From an uncultured Gammaproteobacteria bacterium (GTDB taxonomy: Bacteria; Pseudomonadota; Gammaproteobacteria; CAWCPV01): DNA of 64,000 nt. Of this stretch, positions 45,894-58,436 are shown piece after piece (positions within the stretch are counted from its first letter, which is position 1; every line of letters starts with the position of its first letter). A model generated the notes under the pieces. It was given only the letters and a program-made list of their open reading frames with translations. It did not search any database and was not told the DNA's origin. The stretch lies in assembly GCA_963797555.1 (NCBI GenBank), contig CAWCPV010000009.1, positions 32,001 through 96,000 of the forward strand, given 5' to 3'. Both the position numbers and the translations under genes were made by a program.

Positions 45894-47111
45894 TCATTGC
45901 AGCCGCAAATTCCCGGGCGGCAGGAGCGGCCCGGGCAGCGGTGTACCGCCCCCAAAGTAATTGGCGCCCATGTCCTGTCCGTCCGAAGCAGCCTTGTGGC
46001 CCAAGGAGGTTGTGGTCAATTGATAACCCGGCCACGTGCTGGGATTCGTACCCCCAACGAAGGTCGGACTACCGATGATGTTGTTCGTGCCAGAGGCGTT
46101 GCTACTGCTATTAAAGAGGTTATGATCAAAGGTACAGTTGCTACAAGCAGGATTATTGTTTGAGTCGACTGTTTTGAAATGTGTACCGATCATAATGTTA
46201 TTACGAGCGACGGTGTTTTGGCTTGGTGTTGTATTCTCCACCTTTTTGTCCATATTCACCATGACATTTACCACAGTGTTATGAATAAACGTGTCGTTAA
46301 CATGGGTGCCAAGCTGAATGCCATTATTTCCGTTTCTGCTGTAAAACACGTTATTTGTGATTTGCTCGGTGTTACCACCATCTGGCATCATAAGATAGGT
46401 ATCGCCGTTAAGGAAATAATTGCCGGTGATCGTGGTATGAGATTGGCCATACCCCTGTAAAGCATCAACGTGACGGCCGTACCCGTTTTGGACGATGCCG
46501 TCGAAGACGTTTCCCGGGCCAACAACGACCCCATACGCACCGAGCTGAATACCATCTGACTCGCCCGGTCCGCCAAAATGGTTGTTGCTAATCGTCACTC
46601 CTGTGGGCGTATTATCAGACATCACTTGCAGACGGCCCTCGTAGCAAGACCCACACACACTAATGTTGTCAAAAGAATTTCCATCTATGAGAATATCAGC
46701 GTTGCCGTAGCTACTGCCCCCGTTGACTCCCAGATTTAGGAGTAGTTGTCCCGTAAATGTGCTGTTAGAGAGCGTTATATGTATCGCCTGATTGTGAATA
46801 TACATGCCGGTAATGGTAAGATTCTGGAACGTCAGGCGCTGTGACCGACCAACGTCGAGGTTAATGGATGCTGTATTCCCCGACGTTGAGCGCAGCGTGA
46901 CCGTGTTACTTTTCACGATGTTGTCAAGGGTAACGTTACCATAATTGCCAGCGTTGAGACAAATTGTCGAGCCGGCGGCAGCATTCGAAACGACAGAGCC
47001 TACGTTGGATCCGGTGCTGAGGGTCTGGTCGCACGCTGCAAGTGAGAGTTGAGAGGTCCCTAGCAGGAGGATTGAAAAAAGGGACCAGGTATTAAAATGA
47101 CGGGCTTTCAT
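45894..47111 (-). CDS. secreted right-handed beta-helix (pectin lyase-like fold) protein
   Basis: GAGGAG RBS then ATG at 47111 (MKARHF), signal peptide ending LSLA, Asn/Thr/Gly-rich ITNNVF/ISNNHF repeats; AT-richer than flanks. Confidence 0.8.
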   Translation of the reverse strand: MKARHFNTWSLFSILLLGTSQLSLAACDQTLSTGSNVGSVVSNAAAGSTICLNAGNYGNVTLDNIVKSNTVTLRSTSGNTASINLDVGRSQRLTFQNLTITGMYIHNQAIHITLSNSTFTGQLLLNLGVNGGSSYGNADILIDGNSFDNISVCGSCYEGRLQVMSDNTPTGVTISNNHFGGPGESDGIQLGAYGVVVGPGNVFDGIVQNGYGRHVDALQGYGQSHTTITGNYFLNGDTYLMMPDGGNTEQITNNVFYSRNGNNGIQLGTHVNDTFIHNTVVNVMVNMDKKVENTTPSQNTVARNNIMIGTHFKTVDSNNNPACSNCTFDHNLFNSSSNASGTNNIIGSPTFVGGTNPSTWPGYQLTTTSLGHKAASDGQDMGANYFGGGTPLPGPLLPPGNLRLQ

Positions 47112-47140
47112 GGTTTTTCTCCTCAAGGCAGACTCATTAG

Positions 47141-47640
47141 CAGGATGTTGAAAAACTCCGCACACCCGTAGCAGGCCCATGGGATAATGCGCGCTTCTGA
47201 CGCGAGCACCGCCGAGGGGGGAGCCGATGCGAGGCGCCGACATCACGCAAGCAGCGCTGTTCAGCTACCGCACACTGGAGGCCCGGATACCGCGGGGGCA
47301 TCCGCTGCGCAAGCTTCGGGTAGTGGTGGATGGCCTCTTGAGTGCGCTGCTTGGCGAATTGGAAGCACTGTATGCCAGCGCGGGCCGACCTTCGATAGCG
47401 CCCGAGCGAGTGCTGCGGGCGAGTCTCATCAGGCGCTCTACAGCATCCGCTCCGAGCGCCAGCTGGTGCAGCACATCGAGTACAACCTGCTCTACCGCGG
47501 GTTCGTGGGCCTCGATATGGACGACGCGGTCTGGGACCCCTCCAGCTTTACCCAGAACCGGGACCGGCTGCTCGACGAAGCGCTCGCTCGCTCGTTCTTT
47601 GGCAAAGTGCTGAACTGGCGGAGTGGCAAGGCTTGGTCTC
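47141..47640 (+). mobile_element. truncated IS5-family element (left end + 5' transposase)
   Basis: end CAGGATGTTGAAAAA; MRGADITQAALFSY..HPLRKLR..GRPSIAPE; YSIRSERQL..YNLLYR; WDPSSFTQNRDRLL. Confidence 0.85.
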
Positions 47641-47930
47641 CTCGGAGCACAATGCGCGGCCGAAATAGTCGCTTCCGGCCTTGTTCGGGACGGATTGCGG
47701 TATCCGTGTTCGGATCGACCGCTCTCGCGTCTGTCGCGAGATAATGACAGTGCTGGCCGGGTTGCGTTTGTTTGCGATGCTCTGACAGGCCTCTTGGTGG
47801 TGTGGGGAAAACGTCCCGGTGGGAATGCGGTTTCTCATGCTGCCTGCTCGGAGTTAGGTAGTGTAGCCCAAGGGATCTGGTCCGCTGTCCGGCCTTCCAG
47901 CATCTGACCCTGGCGACGGTGTTATTTTGA

Positions 47931-47946
47931 AGCAAGCCTCGTGCCC
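47931..47946 (-). promoter_or_regulatory. sigma54 (-24/-12) promoter, copy 2
   Basis: reverse complement GGGCACGAGGCTTGCT, identical to 62103-62118. Confidence 0.75.
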
Positions 47947-48009
47947 ACATTGGTCCAAGCCGTGCCGATGATGATAGATGCACGGAACCTGGGACCTAAC
48001 CGTCGCTAG

Positions 48010-48133
48010 CAGCCTGTCGGACTTAAGGTTCAGCTCACTCGTAACGCTCTGATTTCACCTTGCTTTATAGTTTGGTTAAAATTTTGATCAAATCAATCAA
48101 ATCAAGCGCTTACTGGCAAAGTCCGACAGACTG
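48010..48133. mobile_element. 124-bp MITE
   Basis: TIRs CAGCCTGTCGGACTT / AAGTCCGACAGACTG (1 mismatch) flanked by CTAG on both sides (48006-09, 48134-37); AT-rich core. Confidence 0.85.
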
Positions 48134-48151
48134 CTAGTGATTTGGAATCCT

Positions 48152-48231
48152 CGTTCCCATGGAGACACCGGAAATGGCGCGCTGTGACGCTTCGAGGCAG
48201 AAACTGACCGTTCCTGTCATCAGCGTTGGGA
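48152..48231 (-). promoter_or_regulatory. putative enhancer block, copy 2
   Basis: TGAC-N7-GGCA (48185-99) and TGAC-N7-GTCA (48205-19); ~80-bp block aligns ungapped with 62165-62244. Confidence 0.65.
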
Positions 48232-48267
48232 TCAGGTCGGAGACAGGCGTTGTCGATTTTTTGATTT

Positions 48268-49595
48268 GGTTCATCCGGCAAATGAGTACTTCACAGGGGT
48301 GGGCTCTGGGTTGCGGGGACGTCGCCAGGGTGTGGATCCTCTGTCTGGCTTGGAGTCTGGACGGAGGAGGCGAGCATGGCGACGACGAGTTTTCTGTACC
48401 ACACGCTGGGGCTTCGTGGCTACCGGCATCTTGCCACGGAGTACCGGGAAGGTCGGGTCTACCATCATGTGGAACTCGATCGGCACCGCAAACGGTGTGG
48501 AGCCTGTGGAGCGAGGTGCATGAACTCGTCCACCGTGGCAGCTTCGAGCGTTCGTTTCTCGCCCTTCCGGTTGGCCGACGCCAGCAGGTGGTGGTGCTGC
48601 ACGGTCATCGCTTTGGCTGCCAACGCTGCGGACAGGTGGCCCGCCGGCCCATCGAGTTTGCTCGCGGCAAGGCGAGGCATCTCAAGTCCTTTGCCCGGTA
48701 TGTGGTGGAGTCTGTCCAGCTCGCCCCCATCAAGCATGTAGCGGCTCTGCTCGGGGGTGGGGTGGGATCTGGTCAAGGACCTCTACAAGACCCACCTGCG
48801 AACCCGGCTCAAGAAGCGAAAGCTCTCCAAAGTGCGCTACATCGCGGTCGACGAGTTCGCGTTGCGCAAGGGTCATGTCTACATGACGGTGGTGCTCGAT
48901 CTGGGCAGCGGTGCCCTGCTGCATGCCCAGCAGGGCAAGGATGCCTGGGCGCTCATTGGGTTTCTGGAGAAGCTCAAGCGCTCCCGCGCGCCGCTTGAGG
49001 CCATCGCCATCGACCTGTCCGAGGCGTACCTGAGCGCCGTGCGGCGGGTCTTTGGGGAGACGCTCGACGTCGTGCACGATCCCTACCACGTGGTGGCGCT
49101 TGCCAATCAGGCCATCGACGAGACCCGCCGAGTTCTCGCCCATACCCTGCAACACGAGGACGCCCGGATCTTGAAGGGCAGCCGTTTCTGCTGCTGCGCG
49201 GCTTCGAGCACCTCGCCGACGAGGGCCGCGAGGCGCTGCGCGTTCTGATGAAACTCAACCGCCCGCTCTACGAGGTCTACATTCTGAAAGAGCAGCTTCG
49301 GCTGTTCTGGCACTTGCCCAACGTGGCTACCGCCGAGACCTTCCTCGAGCACTGGACCGCCCAGGCCAAGGACTGTGCCAGCCGACCCTTCCGCCGCCTC
49401 GCCAAAACGCTCGAGCGTCACCGCCGAGGCCTGCTCGCCTACTTCCGCCACCGCATCTCCACCGGCCCCCTGGAAGGGCTCAACAACAAGATCAAGGTGC
49501 TCAAACGCCAGGCCTACGGCTTTCGGGACATGGAGTACTTCAATCTCCGGCTGATGTTCATCCACGAGGCCGCGTACTCATTTGCCGGATGAACC
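48268..49595 (+). mobile_element. ISL3-family insertion sequence (transposase 48376-49592, frameshifted)
   Basis: perfect 22-bp TIR GGTTCATCCGGCAAATGAGTAC; IAVDEFALRKGHVYMTVV, STGPLEGLNNKIKVLKRQAYGFRD. Confidence 0.93.
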
Positions 49596-49629
49596 ATAAA
49601 TTTATGTGCCCATTAAGTGTGCTATGGCG

Positions 49630-49990
49630 GTCAGGACGCGCGTTTCTCCCTTATTCGGCGCGCTTGGGCATACCAAGCCTGCTCGTGCGGTTGAGCACGG
49701 ACACACCCACATAGGCCTCGGTGATCTAGTGTCCGGCAGCCGGGCGGCGAGGGGCCTGGACCGAAGATCTGTTTATAGCGGAACATGCGCGGTCTCGGCG
49801 GTGGTAGCCCACAGCGCGTTTCTAAGCCGAGCGGCCTTGGGTGCGGCAGGCCTCGATCGCGGCGTTGCGCGGATGCGCAGGCTCCCACAGCGCAACCCCG
49901 CTGCGCTGGGGCACCACCGCGGTGGCCCCGCGCGCCTCAGCTTCCCGGTAGGTCTCACGGGTGTCGTAGGCGCCATCGCCACGGATGCTG
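49630..49990 (-). mobile_element. degraded IS5-family (IS903 group) transposase C-terminus
   Basis: AETA / MFRYKQIFGP / LGMP motifs in shifting frames. Confidence 0.6.
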
Positions 49991-50264
49991 GCAAGGGGCT
50001 GATCGGCGTTTTGCTGAAGCAGGGCAGCGCCTCGCCACTGCCCGAGCGACGCCAGGTGACCGAACTGGTGATGCGCCGCGAGGTCGACACGAGGCTGAAA
50101 CTAAGCTCCAGAAAAGCCTTCTGCCCCGGACCTGTGACGCCATGGAAATGGCCTTGTATCACGTTCTGCCGGAGCCGGAGTTCGCCCACAGATTCTGCTA
50201 ACGAGCCACAATTTGCGCGGGTCACAGGACCTGACACACTGATTTGGGGGGCGTCAGACAGACC

Positions 50265-51373
50265 ATGAAGGAAACCATCATCGTCACCGGGGGTGCGGGC
50301 TTCATCGGAGCCAACTTCGTGCGCTCGGCGCTTGCCGTACGCAGGGAAAGATCGTCGTCCTGGACCGGCTCACCTATGCCGGACACCGACAAAACCTGGA
50401 GGGCCTGCGCGACGAGCACCGTTTAGTGTTCGTCGAAGGCGACATTGCCGATCGGGACCTGGTCGAGGTCCTGTTTGCCCGCCACCGCCCGGTCGCGGTG
50501 GTCAACTTTGCCGCCGAGACCCACGTCGACCGCTCCATCGACGACCCTTGGCCCTTCGTGCACACCAATCTGGTGGGCACCGCGGTGCTGCTCGATGCGG
50601 CTCGGCGCCTCTACAATACCCTCGACGCGGCCGAGCGCGAGCGCTTCCGCTTTCTGCACATCTCCACCGACGAAGTCTACGGCAGCCTGGGCGATACCGG
50701 ACTGTTCTCCGAGCTAACCCCTACGCACCCAACTCCCCTTACTCCGCTTCCAAGGCCGGAGCCGACCATCTGGTGCGCGCGTACCACGCACCTACGGCAT
50801 TCCGGTGCTCCTCACCAACTGCTCCAACAACTACGGGCCGTATCAGTACCCGGAAAAGCTCATTCCGCTCACCTTGCTCAATGCCATAGAAGGCAAGGCC
50901 ATCCCCATCTACGGCGACGGCGGCAACGTCCGGGACTGGCTATACGTCGAGGACCACTGCGAGGCCCTGCTGCTGGTGTTGCGCCGGGGCGTGCCGGGGG
51001 AGAAATATAACGTCGGGGGGCAGCAACGAGCTCAGCAACCTCGAAGTCATCGACCGGCTCTGCGGCATCCTTGAGCGCCTGCGGCCCGCGGCGCAGAACC
51101 CGGCCCTCGCGCGCCATGGACGGCGCTCCTATGCGGACCTCAAGACCTTCGTGGCGGACCGTCCGGGGCACGACCGGCGCTACGCCATTGACGCCGCCAA
51201 GATCCGCGCCGAGCTGGGCTGGAGTCCCCGCCACAGCTTCGAAGAGGGTCTGCTGGCCAGCGTGCGCTGGTACCTGGAGCACCTCGACTGGTGCGCCGCG
51301 GTCCAGGCCGGGCGCTACGCGCCGCCAGAGACTGGGCCTGGCGAGCGCCGCGGAAGAGGGAGCGACGCCGTGA
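50265..51373 (+). CDS. rfbB: dTDP-glucose 4,6-dehydratase (multiple frameshifts)
   Basis: [53 protein letters not shown]. Confidence 0.9.
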
Positions 51374-52245
51374 AGGGCATCATCCTGGCCGGCGGTTCCG
51401 GGACCCGGCTCTATCCGCTCACCCGGGCGTGAGCAAGCAGCTCATGCCGGTCTACGACAAGCCGATGATTTATTACCCGCTCTCCACGCTGATGCTGGCG
51501 GGGATCCGCGAGATGCTGCATGATCACGACGCCGCACGATCAGGAGAGCTTCCGCCGCCTGCTGGGCGACGGGCGGCACCTCGGCATCGCCCTCGAATAT
51601 GCCGTGCAGGCGCGCCCGGAAGGCATCGCCCAGGCCTTCCTGATCGGCCGGCGACTTCGTCGCCGACGGAGCGGTGGCCCTCGCCCTCGGCGACAACATC
51701 TTCTACGGGCACGGCTTTCCCGAATCGTTGGCGGCGCCGCAGGCCGCCCCGCGGGAGCCACCGTCTTCGCCTACCGGGTACGCGACCCCCAGCGCTACGG
51801 CGTGGTGGAGTTCGACGCCGCAAGGCCGTGCCGCAAGCCTGGAAGAGAAGCCCGCCCAGCCCGCGTTCCTCTTACGCCGTGACCGGCCTCTACTTCTACG
51901 ACAACCAGGTGCTGGACATCGCTGCCGCGCCTTCACCGTCGGCGCGCGGCGAGCTCGAGATCACCGACGTGAACCTCGCCTACCTGCGCGCTCGGGCGCT
52001 GCACGTGGAGAAGCTCGGACGCGGCATCGCCTGGCTCGACACCGGGACCCACGAGGCGCTCCTCGCGGCCTCGAACTTCATCCAGGTCATCGAGGAGCGC
52101 CAGGGGCTGAAGGTGGCGTGCCTGGAGGAGATCGCCTACAGCATGGGCTACATCGGCGCGGACGACGTGGCCCGCATCGCCCAGACCATGCGCGGCAACG
52201 GCTACGGGCGTTACCTGCTGCAGGTCATCGCAGGAGAAGGCGTGA
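51370..52245 (+). CDS. rfbA: glucose-1-phosphate thymidylyltransferase (multiple frameshifts)
   Basis: [46 protein letters not shown]. Confidence 0.9.
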
Positions 52246-52806
52246 AGTTTCTGCCCACCGAGATCCCGGAGGTCATCGTGATCGAGCCGGAGGTCTACCG
52301 GGACGCCCGCGGCTTCTTTCTGGAGACCTACCATGCCGAGAAGTACCGGGCGGACGGTATCGCTCCCGCTTTTGTCCAGGACAACCACTCGCGCTCCGCC
52401 CAAGGCACGCTACGCGGGTTGCACGCTCAAGTCCGCCGACCCCAGGGCAAGCTCATCCGGGTAGTGGAGGGCGAGATCTTCGAGTCTGGCTCTGGACATC
52501 CGACGGGGCTCGCCGAGCTTCGCACGCTGGGTCGGCATCAGGCTCTCGGCGGAAAGCTTTCGCCAGTGCTACATTCCCCCCGGCTTTGCCCACGGGTTCT
52601 GCGTCCTCAGTCCCTGTGCGCAGGTGGAGTACAAATGCACCGTTCTGTACGACCCCAAAGACGAGCTGAGCATCCGATGGAACGACCCGGATCTCGGCAT
52701 TTCCTGGCCGCTCGCCTCCCCACTACTGTCCGAGAAGGACCGTCGTGCCCCCTTGCTGCGTGAGATCATGGACCGCTTGCCGAGCTTCGCCCAGGGCGAG
52801 CCGTGA
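52242..52806 (+). CDS. rfbC: dTDP-4-dehydrorhamnose 3,5-epimerase (frameshift near 52485)
   Basis: [42 protein letters not shown]. Confidence 0.9.
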
Positions 52807-53681
52807 AGATCCTCCTCATCGGCGCCGGGGGGCAACTGGGCCGGGCCCTGCGCGAAGCGTTGGCGAGCCATGCAGTGGTCGCCCTCGATCGCGCAGCCCT
52901 CGACGTCGGTCGTCTGAGTGACGTGCGCGCCGCGCTTCAGCGTCACCGGCCGGACTTGGTCCTCAACGCCGCAGCCTACACGCAGGTCGACGAGGCCGAG
53001 ACGGCTCCCGAGGCCGCCTACCTCGTCAATGCTCGGGGGCCGCGCAATTTGGCTTTGTGCGCCGCCGAAGCCGACGCCGCCATGCTCCAGGTCTCCACGG
53101 ACTATGTCTTCGACGGTGAGAGCTTTCAGCCGTATCACGAATTCGACCGCCCCAATCCCCTTTCGGTATATGGGGCGAGCAAGCTCGCCGGGGAGCGGGC
53201 GGTGCGGGAGCTGAACCCGCGTCATTACGTGGTGCGCACGGCCTGGCTCTACGACGTGAACGGCCAGAACTTCCCCAACACCCTTTGCCGTCTCGCGGCG
53301 CAGCCCGAGGTTCGCGTGGTGAGCGACCAGTACGGCTCGCCCACTTACGCGCCCCATTTGGCTCAAGCCATCGCCCGGCTCATTATCGACAACAGCGGCG
53401 CCTACGGCACTTATCACTTGGCCGGGCGCGGCGCGGCCAGTTGGTTCGAGGTCGCGCACCGCCTCTATCAGCAACTCGGGATGGGCATTCCGGTGCGGCC
53501 GGTTTCCACAGCGGAATTCCCGCGCCCCGCCCCGCGTCCGCGCTACAGCGTGCTCGCCACGCTGCAGGATCCGGAGATCCTGCTCCCGCCTTGGGAGGAG
53601 GGCCTGTCGGCCTATGTGGCCGCCCTATCCGCGAGCCGCCAAACTGACTCCGTTGTCCGCACTGACTCCGTTGTCCGCTGA
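52803..53681 (+). CDS. rfbD: dTDP-4-dehydrorhamnose reductase
   Basis: [40 protein letters not shown]. Confidence 0.93.
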   Translation: MKILLIGAGGQLGRALREALASHAVVALDRAALDVGRLSDVRAALQRHRPDLVLNAAAYTQVDEAETAPEAAYLVNARGPRNLALCAAEADAAMLQVSTDYVFDGESFQPYHEFDRPNPLSVYGASKLAGERAVRELNPRHYVVRTAWLYDVNGQNFPNTLCRLAAQPEVRVVSDQYGSPTYAPHLAQAIARLIIDNSGAYGTYHLAGRGAASWFEVAHRLYQQLGMGIPVRPVSTAEFPRPAPRPRYSVLATLQDPEILLPPWEEGLSAYVAALSASRQTDSVVRTDSVVR

Positions 53682-53686
53682 CTCCG
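53643..53686 (+). repeat. 18-bp tandem repeat (2 copies + partial) at the rfbD 3' end
   Basis: ACTGACTCCGTTGTCCGC x2, giving [12 protein letters not shown]. Confidence 0.85.
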
Positions 53687-53884
53687 GTGCGTAGACGGTC
53701 TGTATAGACCGGCCAACTCCAGGACTTCACACCATGAGTCATGAATCCCCTGCAACGGGCGACACGTCCCGCGTGGCGCCCACGAGCAGGGTCATGCAGT
53801 GTGGAGACTGTGACCGCCGTGGCTCGCGCGACCGTTGTGAGCCTTGGCCCAAGAACTAAGCTCTGAAAGAGTGCTGATCGTTCG

Positions 53885-55084
53885 ATGATCTACGACGTTG
53901 TCGTCATTGGGGGCGGGATTGTCGGTCTCGCCGCGGCTCTGAGAATCGTGGAGCAGCGACCGGGTACGCGGCTTCTCGTGCTGGAAAAGGAGGCGCGGAT
54001 CGCGCAGCACCAGACCGGCCACAACAGTGGAGTCATACACTCGGGACTCTACTACAAACCGGGCTCGCTGAAGGCGAAGAACTGCCGCGAGGGTTACGAG
54101 CAACTGTTGGATTTCTGCCGGTCCGAAGGGATTGCGCACGATATCTGCGGCAAGGTTGTCGTGGCCGTCGATGAGAGTGATCTCGAACCGCTAGATGAAC
54201 TCTATCGACGCGGCCTAGCCAACGGCCTGATCGGGTTGCGGTATCTTATCGCGGAAGAGATCAGGGAAGTCGAGCCCCACTGCCCAGGCATCAAGGGGCT
54301 GTTAGTGCCGCAAACTGGCATTGTCGACTACAACGCGGTGAGCGAAAAATACGCGGATAGCATCCGTGCGTTCGGGGGAGAAATCGCGCTCGGCGAGCGC
54401 GTCGTCGAGATCCGACGGTCAAACGCCACGGTCGAAGTGGCGACGCCGTCGGCGACGCGAAGCTGTCGGCTGCTCGTCGCCTGCGCCGGGCTTCATTCCG
54501 ACCGGCTCGCGCGCCAAACCCAGGCCGAGCTGCCCCTTCGGATCATGCCGTTTCGCGGGGAGTACTACGTGCTCAAACCCGAGGCGCGGGGGCTGGTGCG
54601 CAATCTCATCTATCCCGTTCCTGATCCGGCCTTCCCCTTCCTCGGCGTGCATTTCACACGCAGGATCGATGGCAACATCGAGTGCGGACCTAATGCGGTA
54701 CTGGCCTTCAAGCGGGAAGGATACAAGAAGACGGATTTCAGCTTCCGTGACACTTGGGACACTCTCGCCTGGCCGGGATTCCGGGTCGTTGCCCGCAAGC
54801 ACTGGCGCGTGGGTTTCGGCGAGTTTTACCGTTCCTTCAGCAAGGCTGCATTCGTGCGCGCGCTCCAACGGTTGATTCCGGAAATCCGGGCCGAACACAT
54901 CGAGCCCGGCGGCGCCGGCATCCGCGCCCAGGCCTGCGGCATCGACGGGACGCTGCTCGACGACTTTCACATCGTCGAGGATGGCAACATGCTGCATGTC
55001 TGCAACGCTCCTTCGCCAGCAGCCACGGCGTCGCTCGCCATCGGTAGCGTCGTCGCGGGCACGGTCGTGAGGAAGCTCTCCTGA
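53885..55084 (+). CDS. lhgO: L-2-hydroxyglutarate oxidase family FAD enzyme
   Basis: IGGGIVG, HQTGHNSGVIHSG, PFRGEY, PFLGVHFT, NAPSPAATASL. Confidence 0.9.
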   Translation: MIYDVVVIGGGIVGLAAALRIVEQRPGTRLLVLEKEARIAQHQTGHNSGVIHSGLYYKPGSLKAKNCREGYEQLLDFCRSEGIAHDICGKVVVAVDESDLEPLDELYRRGLANGLIGLRYLIAEEIREVEPHCPGIKGLLVPQTGIVDYNAVSEKYADSIRAFGGEIALGERVVEIRRSNATVEVATPSATRSCRLLVACAGLHSDRLARQTQAELPLRIMPFRGEYYVLKPEARGLVRNLIYPVPDPAFPFLGVHFTRRIDGNIECGPNAVLAFKREGYKKTDFSFRDTWDTLAWPGFRVVARKHWRVGFGEFYRSFSKAAFVRALQRLIPEIRAEHIEPGGAGIRAQACGIDGTLLDDFHIVEDGNMLHVCNAPSPAATASLAIGSVVAGTVVRKLS

Positions 55085-55302
55085 GCCCTTGGGATTCTTT
55101 CACCGGCGAACCTCCGACCAGGGCTCGTCCGCGCTCCGGCCGTGTTTCGCCAGAGTCGCGTTCTGCCGGCGAGAACACGATGTGCCCGAAAAACTTCGCT
55201 GGCACCCGGACCGCTTACGAGGGGGTGATGCCCGCCCGACGGACGTGGCTCTCGGCGAGCGGACCCCGGTCGCCCAAGGGGGTAGGGTCCCGGTGCGACC
55301 GT

Positions 55303-56246
<944 letters not shown>

Positions 56247-56881
56247 TCAACGTCTAATGAGCTGTGCAATCGCCCCTCCCACGGTGGCCTATCGACCAGG
56301 GCCGCGTGGCAAGCGGGTTCCAAGCGCGCGCAACCCTCGGCAAGCTTGCACGCATGGCTGACGCGATACCTACGGTCTCCAGCGCAGCGGCCGAGAACAG
56401 CAAACTCTTTCCGCGTGCGGGTACCGGTCCGACGGCGTTCCCTAGGAAGCCTAGCCCTGCGCGTCCGCGATGACAACCCCCCGCCGCAACGACTCTAATT
56501 GGAGTCCGTCAGCCCAGTCCGGCGCAGATATTATACCGGCGCGGTGTGTTGACATTCCTGCCCTGCCGGCCGGGGCGTACGCGCGCCCGGTCCACAAAGA
56601 CGGGCAAACGACACAGGGATTTGCTGCTGAGGGAGGCGATGGGACAATATGGCCCAAGGCGGCGGAGGCCAGGTGGTTCGGGTGCCACACTGGCACGCCT
56701 TTGGAACGCGGTGCCGGAGGAACTGAAGTAGATGAACAAGGGGCCGCGTCGGCCCGCAGCACTGCGGGTGAACCGTTCGCCGCTGCTGACCTACTCTGAC
56801 AAAACAGGTCGGACGCATTGACTTGCTTTCAAAGCCACCACATAAGGTTATGATTGGCCGTAACAGCTCGGTCGACTTGCT

Positions 56882-58436
56882 GTGATGATAACCCGAGATC
56901 CCGTCGGCTCCAGATATGGCTCGTTATTGGCGGTTACGGCGGCATGTGCCTTAGCCAGTCCGTGGCCGGCGAACGCACTGGGGACGCTCACGCCCGGACT
57001 CCAGTTCGGAGGCCGCGAGCCCGCGGCTCGTCCGGCTATTGCAGCCGGGCAGTGGACGGTGACGCCTGGAGTGCAGCTCGGGGAGATCTATACGGATAAC
57101 GTGGGGCTTCAACCGTCTGGAAGCGCTACCCCAGACTTCATTACGGAAGTCGACCCCACAGTCTCCGTAAGGGGGCTGGGGCCCAAGTACCAGTTCCTCC
57201 TCGACTACACGATGCAGAACCTCCTCTTTGCGAACAATGGGGGGTCCAATACCACGAACAACGAACTGGGAATGTTTGGGAATGCACAGTTGGTCCCAGA
57301 TCTGTTCTTCATCGATGCCACCAGCAACATCGGTCAGGCGGTCATATCGCCCTCTGGAACCCTGTCTCTTAAATAACTTTACGACCTCGGGAAATCGAGG
57401 TGATGTCAGCTCCATCGGTGTGAGCCCTTATTTGGCACGGGACTTCGGCTCCTATGCGTCCGGTGAGCTGCGTTACAGCTATGACTGGGCGAAGTTTCCC
57501 CAAACCAGCGGTACGACGGGCACACCGGTTACAGAAAACGTTACTCGGACCAATGGCTACCTCTTTAGCCTCGCAAGCGGCCCACGCTTCGGTCGTCTGG
57601 GATGGAACGTGGGCTACGATTGGGTGGACTCGGCCGGAGGGACTGGAGGGGATCAGAATCTGCAACGCCTCCATTCGGACCTTGGCTACTTGGTGACGCC
57701 GCACATAGGCCCGTACGCGCGAGTTGGTTTTATCAAAACCACGTTTCCTGGCTCGACCGATCGAGACAACGGGCTGACCTGGTGTCTCGGAGGCCTCTGG
57801 AACCCGAGTCCGCTGACCTCCCTTGCGGGTTGCTACGGAAAGGCCCCATTCGGCGATAACTTGTACGGCTTGTTCAGTCACCAGTTTAGGCACACCACTT
57901 GGCAAGTGAGTTACACCAATTCGCTCTCCAACGGCGCGGTGGACGTTGCCAATCGATTGCCCTTCACGTTGAATCCTCTTACAGGAGAACTCACCTCCAA
58001 CATTGCGAAGCAGTCCAGCGTCGGAACGGCGAATTTTCTGACGCCGTCCTCGGAGGTCTTCGTCGACAGGCTGGCTCAGGGCACTTTTCGGTTCGAGAGT
58101 GGGCGGAGCAAGTACGACTTGAGCCTGGTCTACGAAAAGCAGGAGCCGGTGCAGAGCGGCGCACAGGCTCAGACAACGTCCGGTATCGCCGCTACGTGGC
58201 TTTGGCAGTGGTCACCGCGCATCGACGCCGGGGTCGACGGCGGGTGGCAGCGTGTCAAGGCGGGTTCGCCAAGTACATCGAGCGACATCTGGTATGTAGG
58301 TCTGCGCATCAGTCGCCAACTCACCGAAGCGTCGACTGTTCTGGTCAGTTATACGTATGCGGAGCAGGCTTCCGACGTGGCGGAGAACAACTATCGGCAG
58401 AACACTGTGATGCTCCAGTTGAGCCTTAGGTACTGA
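56882..58436 (+). CDS. outer-membrane beta-barrel protein, TIGR03016 (PEP-CTERM/EPS-associated)-like (frameshift near 57370)
   Basis: signal peptide, WTVTPGVQLGEIYTDNV, amphipathic strands, C-terminal YRQNTVMLQLSLRY. Confidence 0.75.

Noticed and set aside
51291-52763. Natural RmlA-RmlC fusion
   Set aside because: The junction GGCGTGAAG looks like the usual GTGA stop/start overlap displaced by an indel in a very error-rich stretch.
56691-56705. Fourth sigma54 promoter (TGGCACGCCTTTGGA)
   Set aside because: No -12 GC at the required spacing and no paired enhancer.
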